Shown: positions 7,222-15,554, counted from the first letter of the stretch. The stretch is 30,252 nt of DNA from an uncultured Selenomonadaceae bacterium (GCA_902782705.1 CACZOL010000075.1:1-30252), one strand, 5' to 3'. Translations and numbers: made by a program. Notes: a model not told the origin generated them from the letters alone.

Positions 7222-8214
7222 TCATTTTTTCGGCACAGCCGACAGATAGCGGTTCTTCGGCTGCGCAAAGGTGTCTCCGTAAAGGATGTACGCCGCTTCC
7301 TGCGCGCCGAACACGACGTTTTGCGAGATATTGTAAATATAATGCGCCCACGGATAGCAGACGTGCCCATCGCGCACGGCTTTCATGACTTGCAGCGACG
7401 GATCGCTCATATATTCCGCGCCATACTGCTGTTCTTTCGAGGCAGGATCCTCGTAGGACGGCAGGAAAATATAGTCGGGATTGCAGGCGATGAACTGCTC
7501 CTTCGTCATGGCCTCGCCGTTCCTGTTCCCCGCCAAAGCTTTCGCGTTCCTTGCGCCGGCATAAGAAAGCACGTCGTCGATCATACAGCCCGCGCCGCCG
7601 TAAGCCGGCATGATGGAAACCAGCGCCACCGTCGCGCCTTTTTTCTCTTTCGGGACCTCCTCGATCCGCTTCATCAAAGCGGCCAGTTCTTCGTCCATCA
7701 TCGCCACGAGCTTCTCGCCCCGCTCCTTCTCGTCCACGGCGGCCGCAATCAGCCGTACCGTGTCGCGCACCTCCGCAAAATTTCGCGGCGCTTTGCAGGT
7801 GACCACCGGGATTCCGAGATCGCGAAGCGCCGCAACCTTTTCAATCGGAATCCACGTCTGTACCAGCACGAGGTCGGGCTTCAGGGCCGCCACCGTCTCC
7901 ACCGAAGGATTTCGTATGATACGGTTCGGGATTTTCTCCGCAAGCTCGGTAACATTCGATCGCTTCGGATCGACAAAAGCCTCGTTGACGGCGACCATGC
8001 GCTCCGTCTCCACGAGTCCGAGCAGCACTTCGTCCGTTCCCGTCGTCACGGATACGATGCGTTTCGGCTTTGCCGGAATTTTTACCTCGTCCCCGCGCAC
8101 GTCGGTGACTACATGAAACTCCTCCGCCTTCGTCTGCACCGTCCCCGGCCCGCAAGCGGCACACAAAAGACACAGCGCCAAAAGGCAAAGCAAGCAAGCC
8201 GCCTTCTTAAGCAT
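7222..8214 (-). CDS. Fe/heme/B12-type (class III) substrate-binding lipoprotein 1
   Basis: Signal MLKKAACLLCLLALCLLCAAC, VTDVRGDEVKIPAKPKRIVSV, ETVAALKPDLVL; paralog of SBP2. Start 8214 overlaps the cobN stop. Confidence 0.88.
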   Translation of the reverse strand: MLKKAACLLCLLALCLLCAACGPGTVQTKAEEFHVVTDVRGDEVKIPAKPKRIVSVTTGTDEVLLGLVETERMVAVNEAFVDPKRSNVTELAEKIPNRIIRNPSVETVAALKPDLVLVQTWIPIEKVAALRDLGIPVVTCKAPRNFAEVRDTVRLIAAAVDEKERGEKLVAMMDEELAALMKRIEEVPKEKKGATVALVSIMPAYGGAGCMIDDVLSYAGARNAKALAGNRNGEAMTKEQFIACNPDYIFLPSYEDPASKEQQYGAEYMSDPSLQVMKAVRDGHVCYPWAHYIYNISQNVVFGAQEAAYILYGDTFAQPKNRYLSAVPKK

Positions 8215-11200
8215 CTGCCCGTTCCTCCATTTCACCTTCGACCTCCAGATACAGCTTGACAAGAGATTCCTGCATTTCCTGCGACGCGTTCCAGAGTCCG
8301 CGCTTCTGCGCCTCCAGCAATGTCTCCGCGATACGCCGGAGCGCCCAAGGATTCACATGGTTCATCCAGGCCCGCATCTCCGGATCAAGCGCATACCGCT
8401 TCGCATATTCTTCATACATCCAATCGTCCATGATATTGCTGGTTGCGTCCCACTCATAGCTATGGGCGACGACGTTCGCCAGCTCGGAGGCGCCTTTGTA
8501 TCCGTGACGCTTCATGCCGTCAATGAACTTCGGATTCATGATCTCGCCCCGGAAAATGCGTTTTGCCTCTTCGCGTACCGACCGCACCTGCACCCTGCGG
8601 CGATCGCTGGTATCCGTGCTGTACGATTTCGGCGCTTTTCCGGTCAGCGCGCGCACCGTCGCAATCATACCGCCGTGATAGGCGTTGAAGTCGTCACAGC
8701 TGAACATGTGCACTTCACGGTTATCTTCGTTCTTGATCGTGGCCTCGATTCCCCGCATACGGCGCTTGAAAACCTCCGGCTCGTATGCCCCGGGCAGCGC
8801 GTCAGAGCCGTAAGCCGTTCCCGAATAACGTACATAAACGTCCGCGATATCGCTCAGCTTTTGCCACTCATGCGTTGCGAGGATTGCCTGGACGCCCGCG
8901 CCATAAGCGCCCGGCGGATCGCCGAAAATCCGGTACGACGCCCGCGCCCACGCTTCCTCATGACTTGCGCCGTTCTCTTCCAGCCATGCGGCGTCTGCGA
9001 GAACATGCTTGCGGACGAAATTCTCTTCTTCCGGTTCGTCAAGCTCCCGCACCATCCGAACCGCCTCGTCCATCCAGCGGATCGCGTCGGGCATGCTGTC
9101 GCGGAAAAGCCCGCTGATACGCCCCGTGACGTCAATCCTCGGCCGTCCGAGCTCCGAAAGAGGAATGATCTCAAGTCCGACGACGCGCATAGACGGACGC
9201 TGCCAAACCGGGCGCACGCCCATCAAATACAAATACTCCGCCACGCATTGCCCATGGCTTCGCATATTGGCGCCCGACCAAAAGACCACGCCCACCGACT
9301 CCGGATAGTGGCCCTCGTCCGCAATAAAGCGTTTGATGGTCTCGTCGCCCAGCGTCTTCCCCATAGCCCAAGCTGCTTGGGTCGGCATCGTCCTCGGGTC
9401 CAATCCATAGAAATTTCTGCCCGTGGGCAGAAGCGCGTCCCCGTTCGTCGTCGGCGCACCTGCCTGACTCGGCTCGATATACTGCCCTTCCAAAGCCCGG
9501 AGCGTGTTTGAAAGCTCCTCTTCCGTACGCCGAAGCTTCGGCGCAAGGGTTTCGGATACCGTGCGCAGGATCTGTTCCATGCGTACCCGCCCGTCCTCGG
9601 AAATATTTGCAAGTTCCGGCAAGGAAAGCGCGTCTTTCACCGACGCTTCGGCATATCCGCGCTCGCCCATTTTTGCGATCATGTCATGCATGACTTGCTC
9701 CGCCGCGTCAAGCTTTTTCCCGTAGGATTCCCCGTCGGGGGCCAGCGCTGCACTTTCCTCCAAAGCGCGTTCATAGTCCAGTCCTTTCTCGGCCATGATG
9801 AGACGGATCAACGATTCCCTGTCCCCGTTATCCAGCCGCAGAAGCGCCATCAGGAACTCCGTGAAATCCTCGCCCGTCGGCATCTGCCCGAGAATATGGA
9901 GTCCGGTACGGATCTGCATATTCTTGATATCCGTCACGGCATTGTGCAGCTCGCCTACATAAGCGTCAAAATCCTCTTTCTCGGCAATATGGTCGAAATG
10001 GCACGCCGCAGCTTTTTCGCGCACAATGTTCTTTGCTTCGTCAAGACTGTCCGGTTGATTCGTGCGGAAATGGGCATACTCGTCCAGCGCGCTCTCCAGT
10101 TCAGCCATCTCCGCATACACGCCGGACAAGCGCATCGGCGGCGAAAGATGGCTGACGAGGCACGCCGCGCCGCGGCGTTTTGCCTGAAGCCCTTCTCCGA
10201 CAATCGTGATCCAGTACGGATAAATGTCCGGCAAATCCCCCAGGGCGATATCCGGATAGCACCCCTCGGAAAGACCGGTGCTCTTGCCCGGCAGCCACTC
10301 CAAAGAGCCGTGCGTTCCCACATGAATGACCGCGTCCGCATGCCAAAGGTCGCGCACCCAATGATAAAACCCGATATAATGATGCGGCGGCGCAAGATCC
10401 GGCGAATGCAGGATCTTGCCCGGGTCCTCGCCAAACCCGCGCGGCGGCTGCACCGTGAGAAACACGTTTCCGTTCATCGTGCCGGGAATCAAAAGATCTT
10501 CGTCATAAAGGAACACTTCTCCCGGCGCTTCTCCCCAGTCGACCGTCATTCTCTCCCGCGTCTCGGCAGGCAGTTTCTTGAAAAACGAGCGGTATTCCTC
10601 CGCCGTGAGACGTCCCGCCGCTGCTTCCGCCTGCTCCTCGCTGAGCATCTCACGATCGTTTGTCACATGGGCCGTCAGGATGTCTATCAGTTCCTGTCCG
10701 CTCTCCGGCACGAAATCCACCTGATATCCGGCTTCCTTCATCGCCGCCAGCATACGCCGTACGCTTTCCGGCGTATCCAGTCCCGCCGCGCTTCCGATAT
10801 TGGAATTTGTCGGCGGGTAATTGTGAAGCACGATCGCGATCCGCTTCTCGTCATTCTTCTTGCGTGAAAGCGCCGCCCATTTGCGCGCTTTCGACGCCAC
10901 CCGATGAACCCGCTCCGGGAGCGGCACAAAAGACGCGACGTCATCTTCTTTCCACGTCTTCGCCGCAATCGGCACGGAATGGATCGTCCCGTCAAACTCC
11001 GGCAGGCTCACGCTGATCGAGACTGCGGAAGGCTCAAGTCCCGCAGGCGACTCTGCCCAGCTCTCCTCGCTCCCGAGAATCGTATACGCCGTAAGAATCG
11101 GCACGCCGATCCTGGACAAATCCTCCGTCGCCGTTCCCGAAAGGTGCAAAGAAAACTTCGTCGTTGTCACAAGCACATCGACCAGCCGCTTCCCGTCGCG

Positions 11201-11905
11201 GTAAAAACAGCGGTCGACAGCATCCATGAAAGACGGCGACTGCAAACTCTCGTTACGAAACGTATTCGTGAAGACCGCGATGACGTTCATGCCCTCGTCT
11301 TCCAAGGCCCGAACCAGCGAGGTGTGATAAGCAAATTCCCCGGAAATCCACTCCGAGCGGTAAAAAATCACGCCGGCCGTCGGCTTCGCCGCGTCGTAAT
11401 GCGTGGAAAGATATCCGCCGATATCCTCCGGACTGCCCTCCCAATCGGGATGCCAGACGCCGTTCCACGGCAGAGGCGTCGGCGGCGCAGCTTTGTATGG
11501 GGTACCGCCGAACTCGCTGCCCAGCCAAAGCAGCAAATTGTAATGATTTTCCGCCCCGTCATAGCGAAAATATTGCCATGCCGTTACCGCCTGCGCATCC
11601 GAAACGCCGGCCATCACCTGATCGTCGCCAGCGTTTTCCACCAAAATCAGATAGCGGCTTCCCCGCTGCCGCAAAAAACGTACCGCCCGCTGCAAAAACG
11701 GATTGTCCAGCCCGCTTCCCATCCACAGGAAAAGGCTGAACTCCGCCTCGGACACGGCGTTTTTTATTTCCCCGGAAAAATCCGTCTGACCGTTTGCCGA
11801 AAAACAACCGGCCGCAAGCTCCGGCGCCTCTGCCGTCAGTCGCTTGCATTCCTGAGTCAGAAGGTTATAACTGCGCGCCACATTCGTGCATACAAAAATC
11901 TTCAT
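8207..11905 (-). CDS. cobN: CobN/magnesium-chelatase-H family protein (cobaltochelatase CobN-like)
   Basis: ~1230 aa with LHNYPP, VQPPRG, HVGTHGSLEWLPGK, LLPTGRNFY, NPKFIDGMKRHGYKGA and NPWAL motifs. Start is ATG 11905 (GGGG RBS) or 11917. Family is certain; the biochemical role is not. Confidence 0.9.
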   Translation of the reverse strand: MKIFVCTNVARSYNLLTQECKRLTAEAPELAAGCFSANGQTDFSGEIKNAVSEAEFSLFLWMGSGLDNPFLQRAVRFLRQRGSRYLILVENAGDDQVMAGVSDAQAVTAWQYFRYDGAENHYNLLLWLGSEFGGTPYKAAPPTPLPWNGVWHPDWEGSPEDIGGYLSTHYDAAKPTAGVIFYRSEWISGEFAYHTSLVRALEDEGMNVIAVFTNTFRNESLQSPSFMDAVDRCFYRDGKRLVDVLVTTTKFSLHLSGTATEDLSRIGVPILTAYTILGSEESWAESPAGLEPSAVSISVSLPEFDGTIHSVPIAAKTWKEDDVASFVPLPERVHRVASKARKWAALSRKKNDEKRIAIVLHNYPPTNSNIGSAAGLDTPESVRRMLAAMKEAGYQVDFVPESGQELIDILTAHVTNDREMLSEEQAEAAAGRLTAEEYRSFFKKLPAETRERMTVDWGEAPGEVFLYDEDLLIPGTMNGNVFLTVQPPRGFGEDPGKILHSPDLAPPHHYIGFYHWVRDLWHADAVIHVGTHGSLEWLPGKSTGLSEGCYPDIALGDLPDIYPYWITIVGEGLQAKRRGAACLVSHLSPPMRLSGVYAEMAELESALDEYAHFRTNQPDSLDEAKNIVREKAAACHFDHIAEKEDFDAYVGELHNAVTDIKNMQIRTGLHILGQMPTGEDFTEFLMALLRLDNGDRESLIRLIMAEKGLDYERALEESAALAPDGESYGKKLDAAEQVMHDMIAKMGERGYAEASVKDALSLPELANISEDGRVRMEQILRTVSETLAPKLRRTEEELSNTLRALEGQYIEPSQAGAPTTNGDALLPTGRNFYGLDPRTMPTQAAWAMGKTLGDETIKRFIADEGHYPESVGVVFWSGANMRSHGQCVAEYLYLMGVRPVWQRPSMRVVGLEIIPLSELGRPRIDVTGRISGLFRDSMPDAIRWMDEAVRMVRELDEPEEENFVRKHVLADAAWLEENGASHEEAWARASYRIFGDPPGAYGAGVQAILATHEWQKLSDIADVYVRYSGTAYGSDALPGAYEPEVFKRRMRGIEATIKNEDNREVHMFSCDDFNAYHGGMIATVRALTGKAPKSYSTDTSDRRRVQVRSVREEAKRIFRGEIMNPKFIDGMKRHGYKGASELANVVAHSYEWDATSNIMDDWMYEEYAKRYALDPEMRAWMNHVNPWALRRIAETLLEAQKRGLWNASQEMQESLVKLYLEVEGEMEERADA

Positions 11906-11931
11906 ATTTTTCCCCATCTTTCAATCAAGAC

Positions 11932-11953
11932 GAGGGCTGCCGAAGCAGCCCTC
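11932..11953 (-). other. Perfect 9-bp hairpin with UUCG loop between the small gene and cobN
   Basis: GAGGGCTGC-TTCG-GCAGCCCTC on the minus strand, no U-tract. Confidence 0.7.
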
Positions 11954-11959
11954 TGGGTT

Positions 11960-12274
11960 TCATGCCTTTTTGTGCTTTCCTGCCGTACCGGACATGATGC
12001 GCTCATACATCGAGTGAATCTCGTCCGCCGACGCGCCTTTCGCTTTTGCCGCCTTTACATGGACGATTGCGCTCTTGTATTTCTTGTGCGCCTCGTCGTT
12101 GGGGATTTTGTCGGTGTCCTTGAAGGGATCGAAGGCTATCACGCGCTTGAAGATCGCGTGAATCTCCTCAGAGCTCTTACCCTTCGCCTTGGCTGCCGCC
12201 GCGTGCCGCTTCGCGCGGTCGTAGCGGATCTTGCCGTGGGGTCCCTCTGGAATTTTCGGTGCCGGATGTGCCAT
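11960..12274 (-). CDS. Hypothetical 104-aa His/Lys/Ala-rich protein with two internal repeats
   Basis: ATG 12274 behind a strong RBS GGAAGGAGG; fills the gap between receptor and cobN. Repeats AAKAKGKSSEEIHAIFKR and AAKAKGASADEIHSMYER. Confidence 0.85.
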   Translation of the reverse strand: MAHPAPKIPEGPHGKIRYDRAKRHAAAAKAKGKSSEEIHAIFKRVIAFDPFKDTDKIPNDEAHKKYKSAIVHVKAAKAKGASADEIHSMYERIMSGTAGKHKKA

Positions 12275-12326
12275 TTCTCTCGCCTCCTTCCGTTTCAAAA
12301 ATGAACAGGATAACCCCGTTTTCATC

Positions 12327-14372
12327 TTAAAATTTTTGTGTGAAACTAAAAAGGAAGTTGCTGGGCGCTGAATAGTATTTGGAAGACGTATGGGAAATAA
12401 TGTCATGTCGGTCAAAGATGTTGTTCAGCGTCAGCTCGAACTCGGTTTTATCTGTCGGTGCATACCCCAACGTAAACGTCGTCAGGAAATACGGTTTTAC
12501 ATGGTAAGAATGTTGTTTAGTTGGCGTCATCACACGCGCTCCGAGAAACGAAGCACTGAGTGAAGCGCGCAATTTATCTTTCTTATAACTAATTTCTCCC
12601 GTAAGCTGGATTTTTCCAAACTTTCTATCCCAGTACGTTTTATCTGCATTCGCTTTAACCTTTGGATTTTGCCACGTCAGACCTGCATTATAGGAAAAAC
12701 CATTCTTGCTCTCTACTGCGTAAGAAAGCTCCAATCCCTCGTTCTTGAAATCTTCGTTTTTAAAAGTCCAATCGCCAGGGCCGTTATAAGTTGCAGAGAT
12801 GTTATCCTTTATGCGCATGACGAAAAGCGACGCCTTCCACGAATGTTTCCCCGTTATGTTTTTCCAGCCAATTTCGTAGTTGATACCCTTCTGTGGCTTG
12901 AGATCGGCAGGTTCAACCTCTTTGTATATGGCGTAAAGCGTCGGCATAACGAAGGACTGGGAAATATTTAAGAAGAGGCTATTCGTATCGTTCATTTTAT
13001 GCAGGAACTGTCCCGACGCACTGAAATTGCTGAAATTTTTCCCGCCGGAAGCACCTGTAGACCATGTTTCGCGCCCGCCAATGATGAACGAATTTTTCTT
13101 GTCGATTTTTTGATCCCATTGCGCGAAAACGCCCCAATTATTCCTGTCCTCATGCTTTACATCGGTCCCAGTTGTTTTAAATGTCGCCAATGCCCGAAAA
13201 GATTCATGTTGACCATTAAATCCCGCTGTTAACGTCCCTTTCCCTATTTTCCAATTCCGTTGCACATCTAAACCATAAGTACTGTTCTTTTCACGCGTAT
13301 CATACCACCGTGAAGCCACTGCCGGTACTCCGTAGGTATTGGTACGATATGTCGGACCATGTGCGCTCGTCATTCCCGTATTGAAGTAAGCACTGCCCTT
13401 CCAGTTTTTGTCACGATAATTAAGTTGCGCCATGTCACGCACTGTAGCATACTCACGCAAATAGAACGGACTTCCAACCAAATACTGATTTGCAGGATTT
13501 GTTGCACTTGCAATCCGGCGATCAAACTTTGCGCTCGTCTCATAATGGCCATACAGGAAACTCAGATGATCATTGAACTTGTAACTGATTGTCCCGCTCT
13601 GGTTCAAAATGTCCCGCCAATCCGTCCTCAAGTTGCCGCCAGTTACTTCTGAATAAGTCGCCCCTTTTCGTTCTTGCCACGAGTTGCGGTCATAGGTGAC
13701 GACCAAGCCCTCGGCTCCTACGTTCAAGTGATATTTCTGTTGTCCATAGTTTCCATAACCTACGGTGACAGAATTTTTCGCTTCCGTTTTCGTAATAATA
13801 TTGATGACACCTGCCATCGCCTCGCTGCCGTACAGCACCGAGCCGCCGCCTTTAACCACTTCAATGCGCTCAATTGTGTCGGCGGCAATATCTTGTAAAT
13901 GATACTTGCCACGTTGAGCAATCGGATTGCCGTTTACAAGAACAAGCGTTCCATTGTCAGTTCCACGAATATTGGCATTATTGGACATAGTTCCCATATC
14001 TACGCCGAGCGGCCCGAACGCTTCGTACGCGAAACCATTAATCTTTTGAAGCGCCTCCGCCGCATTTTTCGCGCCGCTGTCTTTGATGTCTTCTTCAGTA
14101 ATGACTTCCGTGGCCATCGGCACGTCCACTTCACGCTTTTCCGTACGGGTAGCCGTGACTACCACTTCGCCCATGGTGTAGGCGGGCGTCTCCGACGCGG
14201 AGCTCTCCTCAGCTTTCGTCGTCGTTGCCGCCGCCTCAACTTCTGCGGCTTCTGCGGAAAGAGGAAGAATAATACCCCCCCCGAGGGCAATAATCCCTGC
14301 TAAGAGGACATTTCTGCTCTTCGCCCCAATTTTGCTCAGCGACTTTCTGCCGAGCTTCCGACTTGCTTTCAT
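12327..14372 (-). CDS. TonB-dependent outer-membrane receptor
   Basis: Signal peptide, TonB box region TMGEVVVTATRT, plug motifs NIRG and IERIEVVKGGGSVLYGSEAMAGVINIIT, C-terminal Phe (FSFTQKF). Confidence 0.93.
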   Translation of the reverse strand: MKASRKLGRKSLSKIGAKSRNVLLAGIIALGGGIILPLSAEAAEVEAAATTTKAEESSASETPAYTMGEVVVTATRTEKREVDVPMATEVITEEDIKDSGAKNAAEALQKINGFAYEAFGPLGVDMGTMSNNANIRGTDNGTLVLVNGNPIAQRGKYHLQDIAADTIERIEVVKGGGSVLYGSEAMAGVINIITKTEAKNSVTVGYGNYGQQKYHLNVGAEGLVVTYDRNSWQERKGATYSEVTGGNLRTDWRDILNQSGTISYKFNDHLSFLYGHYETSAKFDRRIASATNPANQYLVGSPFYLREYATVRDMAQLNYRDKNWKGSAYFNTGMTSAHGPTYRTNTYGVPAVASRWYDTREKNSTYGLDVQRNWKIGKGTLTAGFNGQHESFRALATFKTTGTDVKHEDRNNWGVFAQWDQKIDKKNSFIIGGRETWSTGASGGKNFSNFSASGQFLHKMNDTNSLFLNISQSFVMPTLYAIYKEVEPADLKPQKGINYEIGWKNITGKHSWKASLFVMRIKDNISATYNGPGDWTFKNEDFKNEGLELSYAVESKNGFSYNAGLTWQNPKVKANADKTYWDRKFGKIQLTGEISYKKDKLRASLSASFLGARVMTPTKQHSYHVKPYFLTTFTLGYAPTDKTEFELTLNNIFDRHDIISHTSSKYYSAPSNFLFSFTQKF

Positions 14373-14410
14373 GACTCTTTCAAACCCCCTGTAATAATAG
14401 TAGTTTTTAA

Positions 14411-14431
14411 ATGAATATTCATATATTCAAT
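14411..14431. promoter_or_regulatory. Palindromic operator candidate downstream of the receptor promoter
   Basis: ATGAATATTCAT perfect 12-bp palindrome (14411-14422) followed by ATATTCAAT (14423-14431). Confidence 0.55.
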
Positions 14432-14444
14432 TCGGGACTTTCAA

Positions 14445-14474
14445 ACTATATCATTAAAAGTAAGGGGATGTCAA
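14445..14474 (-). promoter_or_regulatory. Putative sigma-A promoter of the receptor operon
   Basis: TTGACA (14474-14469), 18 bp, TATAGT (14450-14445). Confidence 0.7.
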
Positions 14475-14591
14475 TAAAAAATGAATTATTTTATATAATT
14501 ATTTCCTATGGACTACAATTATATGATAAAATAATTATAGATTCTTATTATTTTATAACTAAAAATGAATAATTTCAATTTATGTAGGTAT

Positions 14592-14619
14592 AAAAAAACC
14601 GCGAACAAGTCGCGGCTTT
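14592..14619 (-). terminator. Terminator after ppx
   Basis: CCGCGA/TCGCGG stem followed by T7 on the minus strand. Confidence 0.7.
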
Positions 14620-14642
14620 GTCAATACGATCCGACGGTTCTT

Positions 14643-15554
14643 TCACGCCCGCAATATTTCGCTGTACAAATATCCTTCCCGCACGCCGGAGTCGCTGTAG
14701 ACGATTTCCCGGCAGCCGAGCTTTTGCATCAGCGTGTCGGCGAGGATCAATCCGGAAAACAAGGTATGAATCCGATCCGGCGCCGCGAGCATCAGACGCT
14801 CCGCGTCTTCCTCCGCGAGAGGCTTGCCGGAAACGTAATGCTTGAGAATATCGCCGAAACGTCGCGTCTTCATGCGCGTTTCTTTTTCTTCCAACCCATA
14901 CATCAGACGATAAAGCGCAGAAGCGCCCTTGAAGGTGCCTCCGATGCCGCAGGCAACGACGTTCCGCATAAGCGGGAGCTTGCAGCAGACGATTTCTATC
15001 GCTTTGGCAACTTCCTTCCGGATTGCCTCGACTTCTTCCTGCGTCGGCAACAATCCGCGCACATAAGCGACTTTCAGGGAAAGCGATCCAAAAGGCAGAC
15101 TCATTTTTCGCACGACGCGGCGCGCGCGATACATCACGATCTCGGTGCTTCCGCCGCCGATGTCGATCAGTACACCGTCGTCCGCCGCCAGGTCATGCGT
15201 CGCGCCTACAAAATCAAAGGCCGCTTCTTCTTCGCCGGAAATGACACGAATCTTTACGCCCGTCTTTTCTTCTATTTTCGCGACGGCCTCGGCGCTGTTT
15301 TTCGCATTTCTGAGCGCCGCCGTCGTAAACGCGACGACATTTTGGACGCCCATGCCTGCAAGAAAATCGCGATATTCGCTGACGACTTCGCTGGCGCGCC
15401 GTATTCCTTCCTCCTGCATCACGCCTTCCTTCACATATGCGGATAATCCGACCGTATGCTTTCGTTTCATCACTTGCACCGCATGATCGTCGTGGATCTT
15501 GTAAACCGCCATTCGTATCGTATTGGAACCGACATCGATCATTGCCAACAGCAT
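14643..15554 (-). CDS. ppx: Ppx/GppA family phosphatase (short form, no HD domain)
   Basis: MIDVGSNTIR, ISGEEEAAF, DIGGGSTE and GVREG ASKHA motifs. Confidence 0.88.
   Translation of the reverse strand: MLLAMIDVGSNTIRMAVYKIHDDHAVQVMKRKHTVGLSAYVKEGVMQEEGIRRASEVVSEYRDFLAGMGVQNVVAFTTAALRNAKNSAEAVAKIEEKTGVKIRVISGEEEAAFDFVGATHDLAADDGVLIDIGGGSTEIVMYRARRVVRKMSLPFGSLSLKVAYVRGLLPTQEEVEAIRKEVAKAIEIVCCKLPLMRNVVACGIGGTFKGASALYRLMYGLEEKETRMKTRRFGDILKHYVSGKPLAEEDAERLMLAAPDRIHTLFSGLILADTLMQKLGCREIVYSDSGVREGYLYSEILRA

Noticed and set aside
8207-11917. De novo aerobic B12 biosynthesis locus
   Set aside because: No cobS/cobT or any other cob/cbi gene in the window; cannot be excluded for the rest of the genome.
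8357-12304. Long plus-strand ORFs (384, 393 and 466 aa) opposite cobN
   Set aside because: Antisense shadows without motifs.
12281-12326. Terminator after the receptor gene
   Set aside because: Stem is weak and interrupted (ATGAA/TTCAT plus a short GU-rich part); cannot be supported despite the T5 tract.
12275-12415. Longer 151-aa version of the small His protein
   Set aside because: Overlaps the receptor 3' end; a strong RBS sits directly before ATG 12274.
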